From a plasmid: a DNA stretch of 64,000 bases. Each line of letters opens with the position of its first letter. Position 1 is the stretch's first letter. This document shows, in pieces, positions 55,458-64,000 of the stretch. The position numbers and the translations under genes are program-made. The DNA is taken from sequence record NZ_CP023785.1. One strand, 5' to 3'. The notes beneath the pieces are model-generated. The model made no database searches. It was not told where the DNA came from and worked only from the letters and a program-made list of their open reading frames with translations.

Positions 55458-55812
55458 TTGTTTGAAATCTTAAATATAGCGTTTTACGATGTAATGGGAA
55501 GTATGGTGAATAAATCAACTATGTTCGTACGAAGCATTTACTCAACTAATTTAATCGAATCTTTCAATAAACAAATCAAGAAATACAGCCACCGCAAGGA
55601 ACAGTTCCAAAATGAAGAGTCGATGGAACGTTTCTTAGTCTCGTCTTTTGATACTTACAACCAAAAATTCCTAGGTCGCAGTCATAAAGGTTTCCAACAG
55701 GCCGAAGGCGAGCTCGAACAAATGCTGAGTCAACCGATGGAGAATTAGAAACAATCTACAGTAGGGAAGAACCATTGACACAAAATTATTGACGCTCCCA
55801 ACTAAAAGTGTC
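55458..55812 (+). pseudogene. 3' remnant of an IS256-family element (transposase C-terminal 90 aa plus right IR)
   Basis: The protein fragment matches the C-terminus of 42183..43361. The downstream sequence GACACAAAATTATTGACGCTCCCAA matches the right end of that IS. Confidence 0.7.
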
Positions 55813-56242
55813 AAAATAATGATGAAATCATTTAGTTCTTATAAATTAGAAAAGAGAAAATAAATATTCCATATCTACTTTATTGGATCCGTAACATGAC
55901 TAAATTCTGAATACTTTTTAAAGCTTATCATTTGGTAAAACTGAATATAAGTTAATTATATAGACTGAAAATTTTGAATTTTCAGAATAGAATAACTTAA
56001 AAGTACTGACAAAATTTTTTAAAGGGGCAATATTAATGTTCTGAGATAATCAAATCCTACCGAAAATATCAAAAATCCAATGTGACACAATCAGATTGTG
56101 TCTCATTCGAGGGAATCACACAATCCCACGTGGCTCTAGGCAGAATTGAATTTTTGCTTGGGGCTTTTTCCTTATATTGATTTTGAATGAGACTTATTAT
56201 ATGTTATAATGCAATTAAGTATCATTGGAGAGGGCGAAGAAA

Positions 56243-56842
56243 ATGAAGACGGTAGAACCTATTCGAGACAAAAAAAAGATCGATGCGATGAAGGCAATCT
56301 TGGCTTCGGGAAAATATGGCCAACGAAATTTGGTTCTTTTTTCGATTGGGATCAACACCGCCTATCGCATTTCTGATTTGCGTCAATTGAAGCTGGCCGA
56401 CGTGCTGGAAATTTCACGCGGTCGCGTGGTGGTCAAAGATCGATTAGCGATGAAGGAACAAAAAACAGCTAAACATAATTCGGTCTATATTTCCAACAAA
56501 TTGCGAAAAACGATTTTGGAGTACGTTCAACAGGAATTTCCTGATCAACTCCTTCAGCAAGATTTTGACGGTTATTTGTTCCCTAGTCGAAAAGGGACGA
56601 ATGAACCGCTCAACCGCCAAAGTCTGTGGCGAATCATTCATGATGCTGGCACGGCAATCGGATTGAAAGACATTGGCCCACATTCCATGCGAAAAACGTT
56701 CGGTTACTTTCTCTATAAACAGGGGACCAAAACAGAAATCATTCAGTCCTTGTTGAACCATTCTTCTCAGCGCGAAACATTGCGGTATATTGGTATTACA
56801 CAAGAAGACAAAGATACAGCTGTAAAAAGCTTAGATTTATAA
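56243..56842 (+). CDS. Small tyrosine site-specific recombinase (phage integrase family catalytic domain only)
   Basis: 199 aa. Carries the R...HSMRKTF...LLNHSS...TLRYI pattern (R, H-x-x-R, H and the catalytic Y). Start chosen at the ATG with a GGAGAGGG RBS. Confidence 0.6.
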   Translation: MKTVEPIRDKKKIDAMKAILASGKYGQRNLVLFSIGINTAYRISDLRQLKLADVLEISRGRVVVKDRLAMKEQKTAKHNSVYISNKLRKTILEYVQQEFPDQLLQQDFDGYLFPSRKGTNEPLNRQSLWRIIHDAGTAIGLKDIGPHSMRKTFGYFLYKQGTKTEIIQSLLNHSSQRETLRYIGITQEDKDTAVKSLDL

Positions 56843-56905
56843 TATAAAAGTTAAGTTTAAACATGGATAGTTTTAAATTAGTAGATTGAGTGTTGGGAGG
56901 AAAGA

Positions 56906-57505
56906 ATGAGTACATTATATATTATAGGAAACGGTTTTGATTTAAGTCATGGTTTAAAAACTAGATACACTGATTTTTCAAAATGGGTTGAAAAAAGTCA
57001 TAGTGAAATATTCGATAAAATAGACACAATGATAAATGAAAATAATGAGGTGAGAAGTACAGCTGATGATAAGATAGGTTGGTTTAATTTTGAAAGTAGT
57101 TTGCATGAGTTAATTCAAAGTCCAGTCTTTGAAGATTATGTAGAAGAGTCTAAGGATTATCTCATAGGTTATGGACATGAAGATTGGTCAGATTCTGCCC
57201 ATCATGATTTTCAAAATATGGTTTATGATTATGTTGTTTCTCTAGAAGAATTACAACAACTTTTCAAGGAATGGATACGCAAAGAAATACAGCCGACAAT
57301 AGAACATAAAATTCCAAAATACCAATTTTCGTCCGATGTACTATTCTTTACATTCAATTATACAGATGTTTTGGAAATTCTATACAAGCAACCGAAAGAA
57401 AACATATATCATATTCATGGCAGTTATGACGATATAATAATCGGCCACTCCGAGAATTTTGACAACTTTATAGGAGATCCGGTTCTGTTGCAAAGTTTTA
57501 AATAA
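56906..57505 (+). pseudogene. AbiH-family abortive-infection gene truncated at its 3' end by IS1216-like insertion
   Basis: The N-terminus MSTLYIIGNGFDLSHGLKTRYTDF matches the AbiH signature. The last 9 codons (DPVLLQSFK*) are encoded by the IS6-family terminal IR GGTTCTGTTGCAAAGTTTTAAATAA. Confidence 0.55.
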
Positions 57506-58250
57506 AGAATAAAATCCCTTACGGTATCTATGATTTAAGCTGGGATTCCCAATAATACCTTGATTTCAGTACAGACCGAAAACCCGAAGAGAGTGCCTTC
57601 TTTTCGGGTTTTCTTATATAATCCTCGAATGGCTTCCATGCCTTTAATCGTGGTAGAGGCAGTGCGTAAACTTCGATAGAATTTATTGCGTCTCTTTACT
57701 GGACGATGGTCTTGTTCAATCAAATTATTCAGGTATTTAATGGTACGATGTTCTGTCCCTTGATAAAAGCCGCCGTATTCTTTTAGTTTCTTAAAGGCAC
57801 TTGTAATAGAGGGGGCTTTATCTGTGACTACAACCTTCGGTTCATCAAACTGCTTCACTAACCGCTTAAGAAAAGCATACGCTGCTTGTGTCTCCCGTTT
57901 TTTACGTAACCAAATATCCAAGGTTAAACCATCTGCATCGATGGCTCGATACAAATAATGCCATTTTCCATGAATAAAAGGATTTTTTATTTTTCTTTTT
58001 CCAAATTTGATAGAGTAGTTTGCCATATTCTTGCACCCAACGATAAATCGTCGTATGAGAAACGTTAATGCCACGATCATATAAGATTTCTTGAACTTCA
58101 CGATAGCTAAGGTTATAACGAAGATAGTAGCCCACGGCTACAATAATCACATCCTGCTGAAATTGCTTTCCTTTAAAATGATTCATCGTCATTCCTCCTG
58201 CTATCTTTTTCTATTATTCTACCTTATTTGATAGTAGATTTAAAACTTTG
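57481..58250 (-). mobile_element. IS6-family (IS1216-like) element with internal deletion/frameshift in transposase
   Basis: Terminal IRs GGTTCTGTTGCAAAGTTTTAA at 57481 and TTAAAACTTTGCAACAGAACC ending at 58250. The transposase is split into two overlapping ORFs. The element is ~770 bp, shorter than the ~800 bp typical of this family. Confidence 0.7.
57535..58192 (-). pseudogene. IS6-family transposase, frameshifted (two ORFs 57902..58192 and 57535..58101)
   Basis: The N-terminal half MTMNHFKGKQFQQDVIIVAVGYY...SWKM and the C-terminal half ...KWHYLYRAIDADGLTLDIW... lie in different frames. About 30-40 nt appear missing at the junction. Confidence 0.65.
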
Positions 58251-58418
58251 CAACAGAACCGGAAGAAGCAAAGATATATTTGTTAAAAAGGTCCAAAAAA
58301 ATATCCGCACCCCCTTTTTTTTGTAAAAAACTATTGCACAATACAAGTGGCCTACGGCTATCGAAATTTCCATAACTTTCGAGCAAGAATTTATCTCATT
58401 CAAGGCTTGATCTTCCAA

Positions 58419-58460
58419 GTAAAACAAAAACCAGTTAAGCACTCTGCCTAACTGGTTATG
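58419..58460 (-). terminator. Rho-independent terminator downstream of scrK
   Basis: On the minus strand: AACCAGTTAGGCAGAGTGCTTAACTGGTT followed by TTTGTTTTAC. Confidence 0.55.
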
Positions 58461-58520
58461 ACTAAATTTTCAGTTGTATCTTTCTCTACCAACACTAAAT
58501 GTCGAAGAGCCTTTTTTCGT

Positions 58521-59399
58521 TTATGAATGTAAGACCGCTTCTCGAGCCAATGCCAAACAACCGAGCGTTCCAGCGTTGTCTTCTAATGCTGGGGTCACGA
58601 TATATTTGCTTAACTCAGGTGTTTCGACATACCCATTGACCAATTTTGCAAATGCGTCGTGGACGTTTTGCAGCATATGGCGTTGTTTCATCACACCACC
58701 GCCAAAAATGATCACATCTGGAGAAAACATCAAGGTTGTATTGTAGGCACATTGAGCAATATAGGAGGCTTCGATTTCCCAATAAGGATCATCTTCTGCA
58801 ACCTCTTGTCCTTTTTTCCCTAAGCGGTTTTCGATGGCGGGTCCAGCGGCCATCCCTTCTAAACAGTTGCCATGAAATGGACAGCTGCCAGCAAAGTCAT
58901 CTTTTGGATGAGGGACGACGAGCATATGCCCCATTTCTGGATGACTAAACCCTTCGATAAAGCGCCCTTCTTGTAAGGCACCGCCGCCAACACCCGTACC
59001 GATCGTATAGTAAACGACACTGCTCAATCCTTTGCCACTGCCGAAGACATACTCACCATAGGCAGCCGCATTGACATCTGTTGTCCAAGAAATCGGGATC
59101 GGAAATTCTTTTTTCATGGTACCGATGAAATCAAAATTTTGCCATGCCAATTTCGGGGTCGAGGTAATGTACCCATAAGTGGCGGAATCGCGATGGATAT
59201 CGATAGGCCCAAATGAGCCAATCCCAATCCCTGCTAAATCTGCTTGGTATTGTTTGAAGAAGTCAATGACTAAAGGCATTGTTTCCTCAGGTGTCGTTGT
59301 CGGAAAGCTCACTCTTTCCTTGATCGTCATTTCTTCATCGCCAATGGCACACACAAATTTTGTGCCGCCTGCTTCAATTGCACCGTATAGCATAGACAT
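58521..59399 (-). CDS. scrK: ROK-family fructokinase
   Basis: 292 aa. The N-terminus AIEAGGTKFVCAIGD is a ROK-family signature. Adjacent to sucrose PTS and hydrolase genes. Confidence 0.7.
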   Translation of the reverse strand: MSMLYGAIEAGGTKFVCAIGDEEMTIKERVSFPTTTPEETMPLVIDFFKQYQADLAGIGIGSFGPIDIHRDSATYGYITSTPKLAWQNFDFIGTMKKEFPIPISWTTDVNAAAYGEYVFGSGKGLSSVVYYTIGTGVGGGALQEGRFIEGFSHPEMGHMLVVPHPKDDFAGSCPFHGNCLEGMAAGPAIENRLGKKGQEVAEDDPYWEIEASYIAQCAYNTTLMFSPDVIIFGGGVMKQRHMLQNVHDAFAKLVNGYVETPELSKYIVTPALEDNAGTLGCLALAREAVLHS

Positions 59400-59656
59400 T
59401 TCTCCCTTTATTTTAGAATGAAATCACTAAATAAATGACTATATATCATATTTAAATTATTTTTTTATTTAGTAACATGACAAGTAAATAACTACTATTT
59501 TTTCTTTTTGAATTTTTATCATTTTTTAAAATTCTAATAATTTTTCATACAATTGATATATGAAAAGATTAAATAAAATGTTATTCTCAAATATTTGATT
59601 AATCTATATTATTTGATTTTGGAAAGAAAATTCCATCTTTACTCAGGGAAATATAT

Positions 59657-61603
59657 TTATTTGATTTCAAGTAAATCAGTACCCTCAGTGACTGTATTTT
59701 CAGCTACTATATTTACTTCTGAATAATCCGAAGTATTGGTCACAATAATCATTGTTGTATCATCAAGACCTTCTTTCTCAATCATTGAACGGTCAAATGC
59801 TCCAAGAATATCGCCTTTTCTAACTTTTTGATTAGTAGTAACTTTTTGTGTAAATCCTTTTCCTCCCATTGATACAGTATCAATACCAATATGAATTAGA
59901 ACTTCAGCACCATTATTTGATTTAATACCATAAGCATGTCCAGTTTCAAACGTGAGTTGAATAGTACCATCTACTGGAGAATGGACCGTGTTTCCATTTG
60001 GTTTAATGGCAATCCCTTTTCCCATAGCTTCTGATGAAAAGACTGGATCATTTACTGAAGAAAGACTAATCACTTTACCAGAAATGGGACTAACAATTGT
60101 TTCTGATGAAACTTTTGTTTGTGTTGATTCAACATCAGTAGATATTGGATCTGTTGTTGCTACTTTTGAAGAATTAACTGGTGTTTGTTCAGCAATTTCT
60201 TCTGCTTTAAAGATACCAGCAGCTTTTGTTTTACCGTAGAAGTAAGTAATTGCAAAAGCAACTACAAAGCTAATCAATTCACACAATACGTAAAATGGAA
60301 TAGATGTTGCATTAATTGAAAGAAATCCCAAGAAACCTGCTGAACCAAGTGAAACAGCAACTACTTTAAGTAATCCTGCTACTGCTGTAGCAATTCCTGA
60401 ACCAATTAAAGCACAAAAGAATGGAAAGCGGTATTTTAAGTTAACTCCGAACAAGGCAGGCTCTGTAATTCCAAGAAGTGCTGAGACACCCGCAGAGGAA
60501 GCAAGACTTTTTGTCTTAGAATTTTTAGTTAAGAACCAAATGGCAAATGTTGCAGCACCTTGAGCAACGTTTGCCATAGATGCAACTACAAAGATAAAGT
60601 CTCCATGTCCGATACCATTTGTCCACGCTGAAAGTAATTGAGTTTCAATAGCTGGAAATGATTGATGTAAACCAGTCATGACTATAAGTGAATATGTTCC
60701 TCCAAAAATACCCATTCCAATAAATCCAGTAGTGTTATATAGCCAAACAATAATGTCTGTAATTCCATTAGACAACAATAACATTACAGGGCCAATAACT
60801 GTGAAAGTCAAAAATCCAGTAATCATTACTGATAATAATGGCGTGAATGTAAAGTCAATAGATGATGGCAATTTTTTATGAAAGAATTTTTCTAATATAG
60901 ATAATATCCAAACAGCTGCTAAAACTGGAATAACTTGATAAGCATAGTTTGTTTGTGAAACATGATAACCAAAAATATTCCAATATTCAGTTGAGCCACC
61001 AAGATCTGGTGTTGTCATGATCATACCAATTGCAGCACCAAGAAATTGGTTTGCTCCAAAACGTTTAGCAGCTGAAATACCTACTAAAATTGGTAAGAAC
61101 ATGAATGGTGCAGCGGACATCAGTTGGATCATTGAGGAAATACCTTCAATCGCAGGATACATTTCTTCAATTGATTTTGGTCCAAAAAGTCCAGCAGCTG
61201 TTAAAAAGTTTTGTAATGCCATTAATAAACCACCTGCAACAAGGGCAGGTATAATTGGAACAAAAATATCTGATAATAATTTAATTAATGCCATAATGGG
61301 GTTGAATTTTTTATCTTTACTAGCAATTTGTTTTAAATCATCTGTTGAAATTTCCGAAAGTCCAGTTTTTTTGATAAGTTCGTCATAAACGAAATTAACA
61401 TCACCTGCACCGATAATCACTTGATATTGTCCATTAATTTTAAATGTGCTTTTCACATCTGGATTTTCGTCTAAAGCTTTTTGATTCACTTTCGTGTCAT
61501 CTTTTAGTACGAGACGAAGACGTGTAGCGCAGTGTGCAGCTGCAATAAGGTTATCTTTTCCGACCGCTTGTATTACGTCGGAAGCTACTTTACTGTAATT
61601 CAT
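59657..61603 (-). CDS. scrA: PTS sucrose-specific EIIBCA
   Basis: EIIB motif [10 protein letters not shown], a polytopic EIIC region, and a C-terminal EIIA-Glc-type domain (HIGIDTV). Start chosen at MNYSKVA with a GGAG RBS; the longer listed ORF lacks an RBS. Confidence 0.75.
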   Translation of the reverse strand: MNYSKVASDVIQAVGKDNLIAAAHCATRLRLVLKDDTKVNQKALDENPDVKSTFKINGQYQVIIGAGDVNFVYDELIKKTGLSEISTDDLKQIASKDKKFNPIMALIKLLSDIFVPIIPALVAGGLLMALQNFLTAAGLFGPKSIEEMYPAIEGISSMIQLMSAAPFMFLPILVGISAAKRFGANQFLGAAIGMIMTTPDLGGSTEYWNIFGYHVSQTNYAYQVIPVLAAVWILSILEKFFHKKLPSSIDFTFTPLLSVMITGFLTFTVIGPVMLLLSNGITDIIVWLYNTTGFIGMGIFGGTYSLIVMTGLHQSFPAIETQLLSAWTNGIGHGDFIFVVASMANVAQGAATFAIWFLTKNSKTKSLASSAGVSALLGITEPALFGVNLKYRFPFFCALIGSGIATAVAGLLKVVAVSLGSAGFLGFLSINATSIPFYVLCELISFVVAFAITYFYGKTKAAGIFKAEEIAEQTPVNSSKVATTDPISTDVESTQTKVSSETIVSPISGKVISLSSVNDPVFSSEAMGKGIAIKPNGNTVHSPVDGTIQLTFETGHAYGIKSNNGAEVLIHIGIDTVSMGGKGFTQKVTTNQKVRKGDILGAFDRSMIEKEGLDDTTMIIVTNTSDYSEVNIVAENTVTEGTDLLEIK

Positions 61604-61680
61604 TCGAATCACTCCTTTTTTATTTTTACGTGAAAACGGTTCACTGAAATGCAAATTTATTTTAGCATATCTTAAAAATA

Positions 61681-61696
61681 TGTCAAACGTTTGTCA
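61681..61696. promoter_or_regulatory. Near-palindromic operator TGTCAAACGTTTGTCA in scrA/scrB divergent promoter region (LacI-family ScrR and/or cre-like site)
   Basis: Fits a TGnnAnCG|CGnTnnCA-type pattern. Lies between the divergently transcribed scrA and scrB. Confidence 0.4.
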
Positions 61697-61787
61697 TATA
61701 GTTTATTTTTTTAAATGAAATGATTGATTTTTCAACGGAAAACGTTTACCATACTAGTTGTAAAAAGATAAATTGAAGGAGTAAAAT

Positions 61788-63227
61788 ATGAACTTACCTC
61801 GAGAAATACGATATCGTGCTTATTCTGATTGGACTAAAGATGAGATGGATAAAATTAAGGATAATGTAAAACGATCACCTTGGCGTGCTAGCTATCATAT
61901 CGAACCTAAAACAGGATTGTTAAACGATCCTAATGGTTTTTCTTTTTTTAACGGAAAATATACGCTTTTTTATCAAAATTGGCCATTTGGAGCTGCTCAT
62001 GGGTTGAAAGAATGGGTACACAATGAATCAGATGATTTAGTTCATTTTCATGTAACAGGAGCAGAACTTCTTCCAGACACAAAACGAGATAGCCACGGCG
62101 CTTATTCCGGTTCTGCATATGAAATAGAGGGGAATCTATTCTTACTCTATACAGGAAACGTTCGAAATGAAAATTGGGAACGTGATACACTTCAAATCGG
62201 AGCATGGATGGATAAAGACTACAACATTACGAAAGGTGAGAATGTTCTTATTCATAAACCTGCTGATGTAACTGATCATTTTCGTGATCCACAAATGTTT
62301 AATTATGAAGGACAATTGTATGCGATTGTTGGAGCACAAAATTTAGAAAAATCAGGCTTTATCAAACTTTACAAAGCGGATGACAATAACGTGGAAACAT
62401 GGGAGGAAGTTGGCAACCTTGATTTTGGCGGCACTGGTTCAGAATACATGATTGAGTGTCCAAATCTAGTATTTGTAGACAAAAAACCTGTTCTCATTTA
62501 TTGTCCTCAAGGGTTGGATAAATCTGAGCTAAATTATGGGAATATCTATCCGAATACTTTTAAGATCTGTCAATCGCTTGACATAGAAAAAGTAAAACTT
62601 GTGGGCGCTTCAGAAATTCAAAATCTTGATTATGGATTTGAAGCGTATGCGACTCAAGGATTCAATACTCCTGATGGTCGTGCTCTGATTGTCAGTTGGA
62701 TTGGACTACCTGATATCGATTATCCAACTGATAAGTATGATTATCAGGGAGCAATGAGTCTTGTAAAAGAACTTTCAATAAAAGATGGTAAACTTTACCA
62801 ATATCCAGTAGAAGCTATTACATCATTACGTGCTAGTTCTGAACAATTTACAGCAAAAGCAGAAACAAATAATACTTATGAGCTTGAACTAACTTTTCCT
62901 CCAAATCAGAAATCGGAGTTACTTCTTTTCTCTGATAGTAAAGGAAATGGACTTAGCTTGATTGTAGATACCAAAGAAGGAAAAATTATTTTAGATCGCA
63001 GCAAAGCAGGCATTCAATATGCCACTGACTTTGGTACGATTCGTGAATGCTCAATTGATACTAAAGAAACAACTGCTAACATTTTTGTAGATAACTCAAT
63101 CATTGAGATTTTTATTAATAAAGGAGAAAAAGTGTTTACTAGTCGTGTATTCCCTGAAAATCACCAAAATGGTATTCAAATCAAATCAGGCGAACCTACT
63201 GGAAAATACTTTGAATTAAAATATTAA
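61788..63227 (+). CDS. scrB: Sucrose-6-phosphate hydrolase (GH32)
   Basis: Has the GH32 motifs LLNDPNG, FRDP and MIECPN. 479 aa. Confidence 0.8.
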   Translation: MNLPREIRYRAYSDWTKDEMDKIKDNVKRSPWRASYHIEPKTGLLNDPNGFSFFNGKYTLFYQNWPFGAAHGLKEWVHNESDDLVHFHVTGAELLPDTKRDSHGAYSGSAYEIEGNLFLLYTGNVRNENWERDTLQIGAWMDKDYNITKGENVLIHKPADVTDHFRDPQMFNYEGQLYAIVGAQNLEKSGFIKLYKADDNNVETWEEVGNLDFGGTGSEYMIECPNLVFVDKKPVLIYCPQGLDKSELNYGNIYPNTFKICQSLDIEKVKLVGASEIQNLDYGFEAYATQGFNTPDGRALIVSWIGLPDIDYPTDKYDYQGAMSLVKELSIKDGKLYQYPVEAITSLRASSEQFTAKAETNNTYELELTFPPNQKSELLLFSDSKGNGLSLIVDTKEGKIILDRSKAGIQYATDFGTIRECSIDTKETTANIFVDNSIIEIFINKGEKVFTSRVFPENHQNGIQIKSGEPTGKYFELKY

Positions 63228-63230
63228 AAT

Positions 63231-64000
63231 GGTAGCAAAATTAACTGATGTCGCTGAATTAGCTGGAGTTAGCCCAACAACCGTTTCACGCGTCATTAAT
63301 AATAAGGGATATTTATCAGAAAAAACAAAACAAAAAGTTCATGAAGCTATGAAAACTCTTGGTTATAAACCAAATAATTTAGCACGTGGACTTCAAGGAA
63401 AGTCACCTCAGCTTATTGGTCTTATTTTTCCTAATATTAGTAATATCTTTTACTCTGAACTCATTGAGTATCTCGAAATAGAGTTATTTAAACATGGATA
63501 TAAAACGATTATTTGCAATAGTCAAAATGATCCTGCTAAAGAGAGAGAATACATTGAAATGCTTGAAGCCAACCAAGTTGATGGCATAATCTCATCAAGC
63601 CATAATCTTGGAATTGCTGATTATGAGCGTGTGAGAGCACCTATTGTTGCTTTTGATAGAAATTTAGCTCCTAATGTTTCCATTGTTTCTTCAGATAACT
63701 TTGAAGGGGGAAAACTTGCAGCTAAGACTTTACAAAAAAATGGTTGTCAAAATACCATTATGATTACAGGAAATGATAACACGGATTCTCCCACAGAATT
63801 ACGTGCACTAGGTTTTTCTTTTCAAAATCCAAATGGAAAAATTTTCAAAATTCCTAATAATCTGTCTACTATCCGTCGTGAAATGGAAATAAAGTCAACT
63901 ATTATAAATCACAAACCAGATGGTATTTTTGTTTCTGATGATTTAACAGCCATTCTCACTATGAAAATTGCTCATCAACTTAAACTTAATATCCCAGAAG
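63231..64000 (+). CDS. scrR: LacI-family sucrose operon repressor (3' end outside window)
   Basis: The N-terminal HTH is AKLTDVAELAGVSPTTVSRVINNKGYLSEKTKQKV, followed by a periplasmic-binding-like domain. Confidence 0.7.

Noticed and set aside
59400-59656. AT-rich scrK-scrA intergenic region as a possible promoter or cre site
   Set aside because: No convincing palindromic operator was seen. It is probably an ordinary promoter-containing spacer. The recognisable operator lies instead between scrA and scrB.
1-64000. CRISPR arrays, tRNA or rRNA genes
   Set aside because: No regularly spaced direct repeats with unique spacers were seen. The repeats found are iterons or IR structures. No cloverleaf-compatible or rRNA-like segments were recognised.

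Overview
This 64-kb window reads as a mosaic segment of a low-GC Gram-positive conjugative plasmid or megaplasmid, probably from Enterococcus and resembling E. faecium. The host assignment is a guess from gene content and IS types. From left to right: (1) 1-4.0 kb holds a sortase-dependent pilus locus. It has the C-terminus of a VPMTG-anchored protein, a class C sortase, a pilin-motif protein that ends early, and a 696-aa VPKTG-anchored subunit. (2) 4.0-6.5 kb holds a secreted repeat protein with FIVAR repeats and a C-terminal CAP domain. Its promoter overlaps a 13-bp inverted-repeat operator, and a small HTH gene lies upstream. (3) 6.6-22.8 kb holds a Gram-positive type IV secretion (conjugation) module. 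It includes a lipoprotein, a VirB2-like small membrane protein, a VirD4/TraG-type coupling protein with a PTRSGKG-like P-loop, a VirB6-like polytopic protein, a VirB4 ATPase, and a bifunctional glucosaminidase plus M23-peptidase cell-wall hydrolase. (4) 22.8-25.4 kb holds a hairpin- and iteron-rich candidate oriT, an RHH accessory protein and a relaxase with an HxHxH motif. (5) 25.4-39 kb looks like a leading region. It holds an IS110-family IS, an ArdC-like zincin protein, a Toprim/primase-like protein, topoisomerase III, an AbiEi/AbiEii pair with a perfect palindromic operator, an ssb interrupted by an in-frame TGA, a type I toxin-antitoxin candidate (holin-like 34-aa toxin and a convergent sRNA), and a run of tiny unknown ORFs. 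(6) 39-58.3 kb is IS-riddled accessory DNA containing IS30-family, IS256-family, IS982-family, two tandem IS66-family and IS6/IS1216-like elements, plus an IS256 remnant. It holds an orphaned circular-bacteriocin-like structural gene, a galactitol/ascorbate-type PTS operon with sugar-phosphate epimerase and isomerase genes, a small tyrosine recombinase, and an AbiH-like gene truncated by IS1216. (7) 58.5-64 kb holds a sucrose locus with scrK and scrA divergent from scrB and scrR. No rRNA, tRNA or CRISPR arrays were seen. All family assignments come from motifs read in the translations; no database searches were possible.
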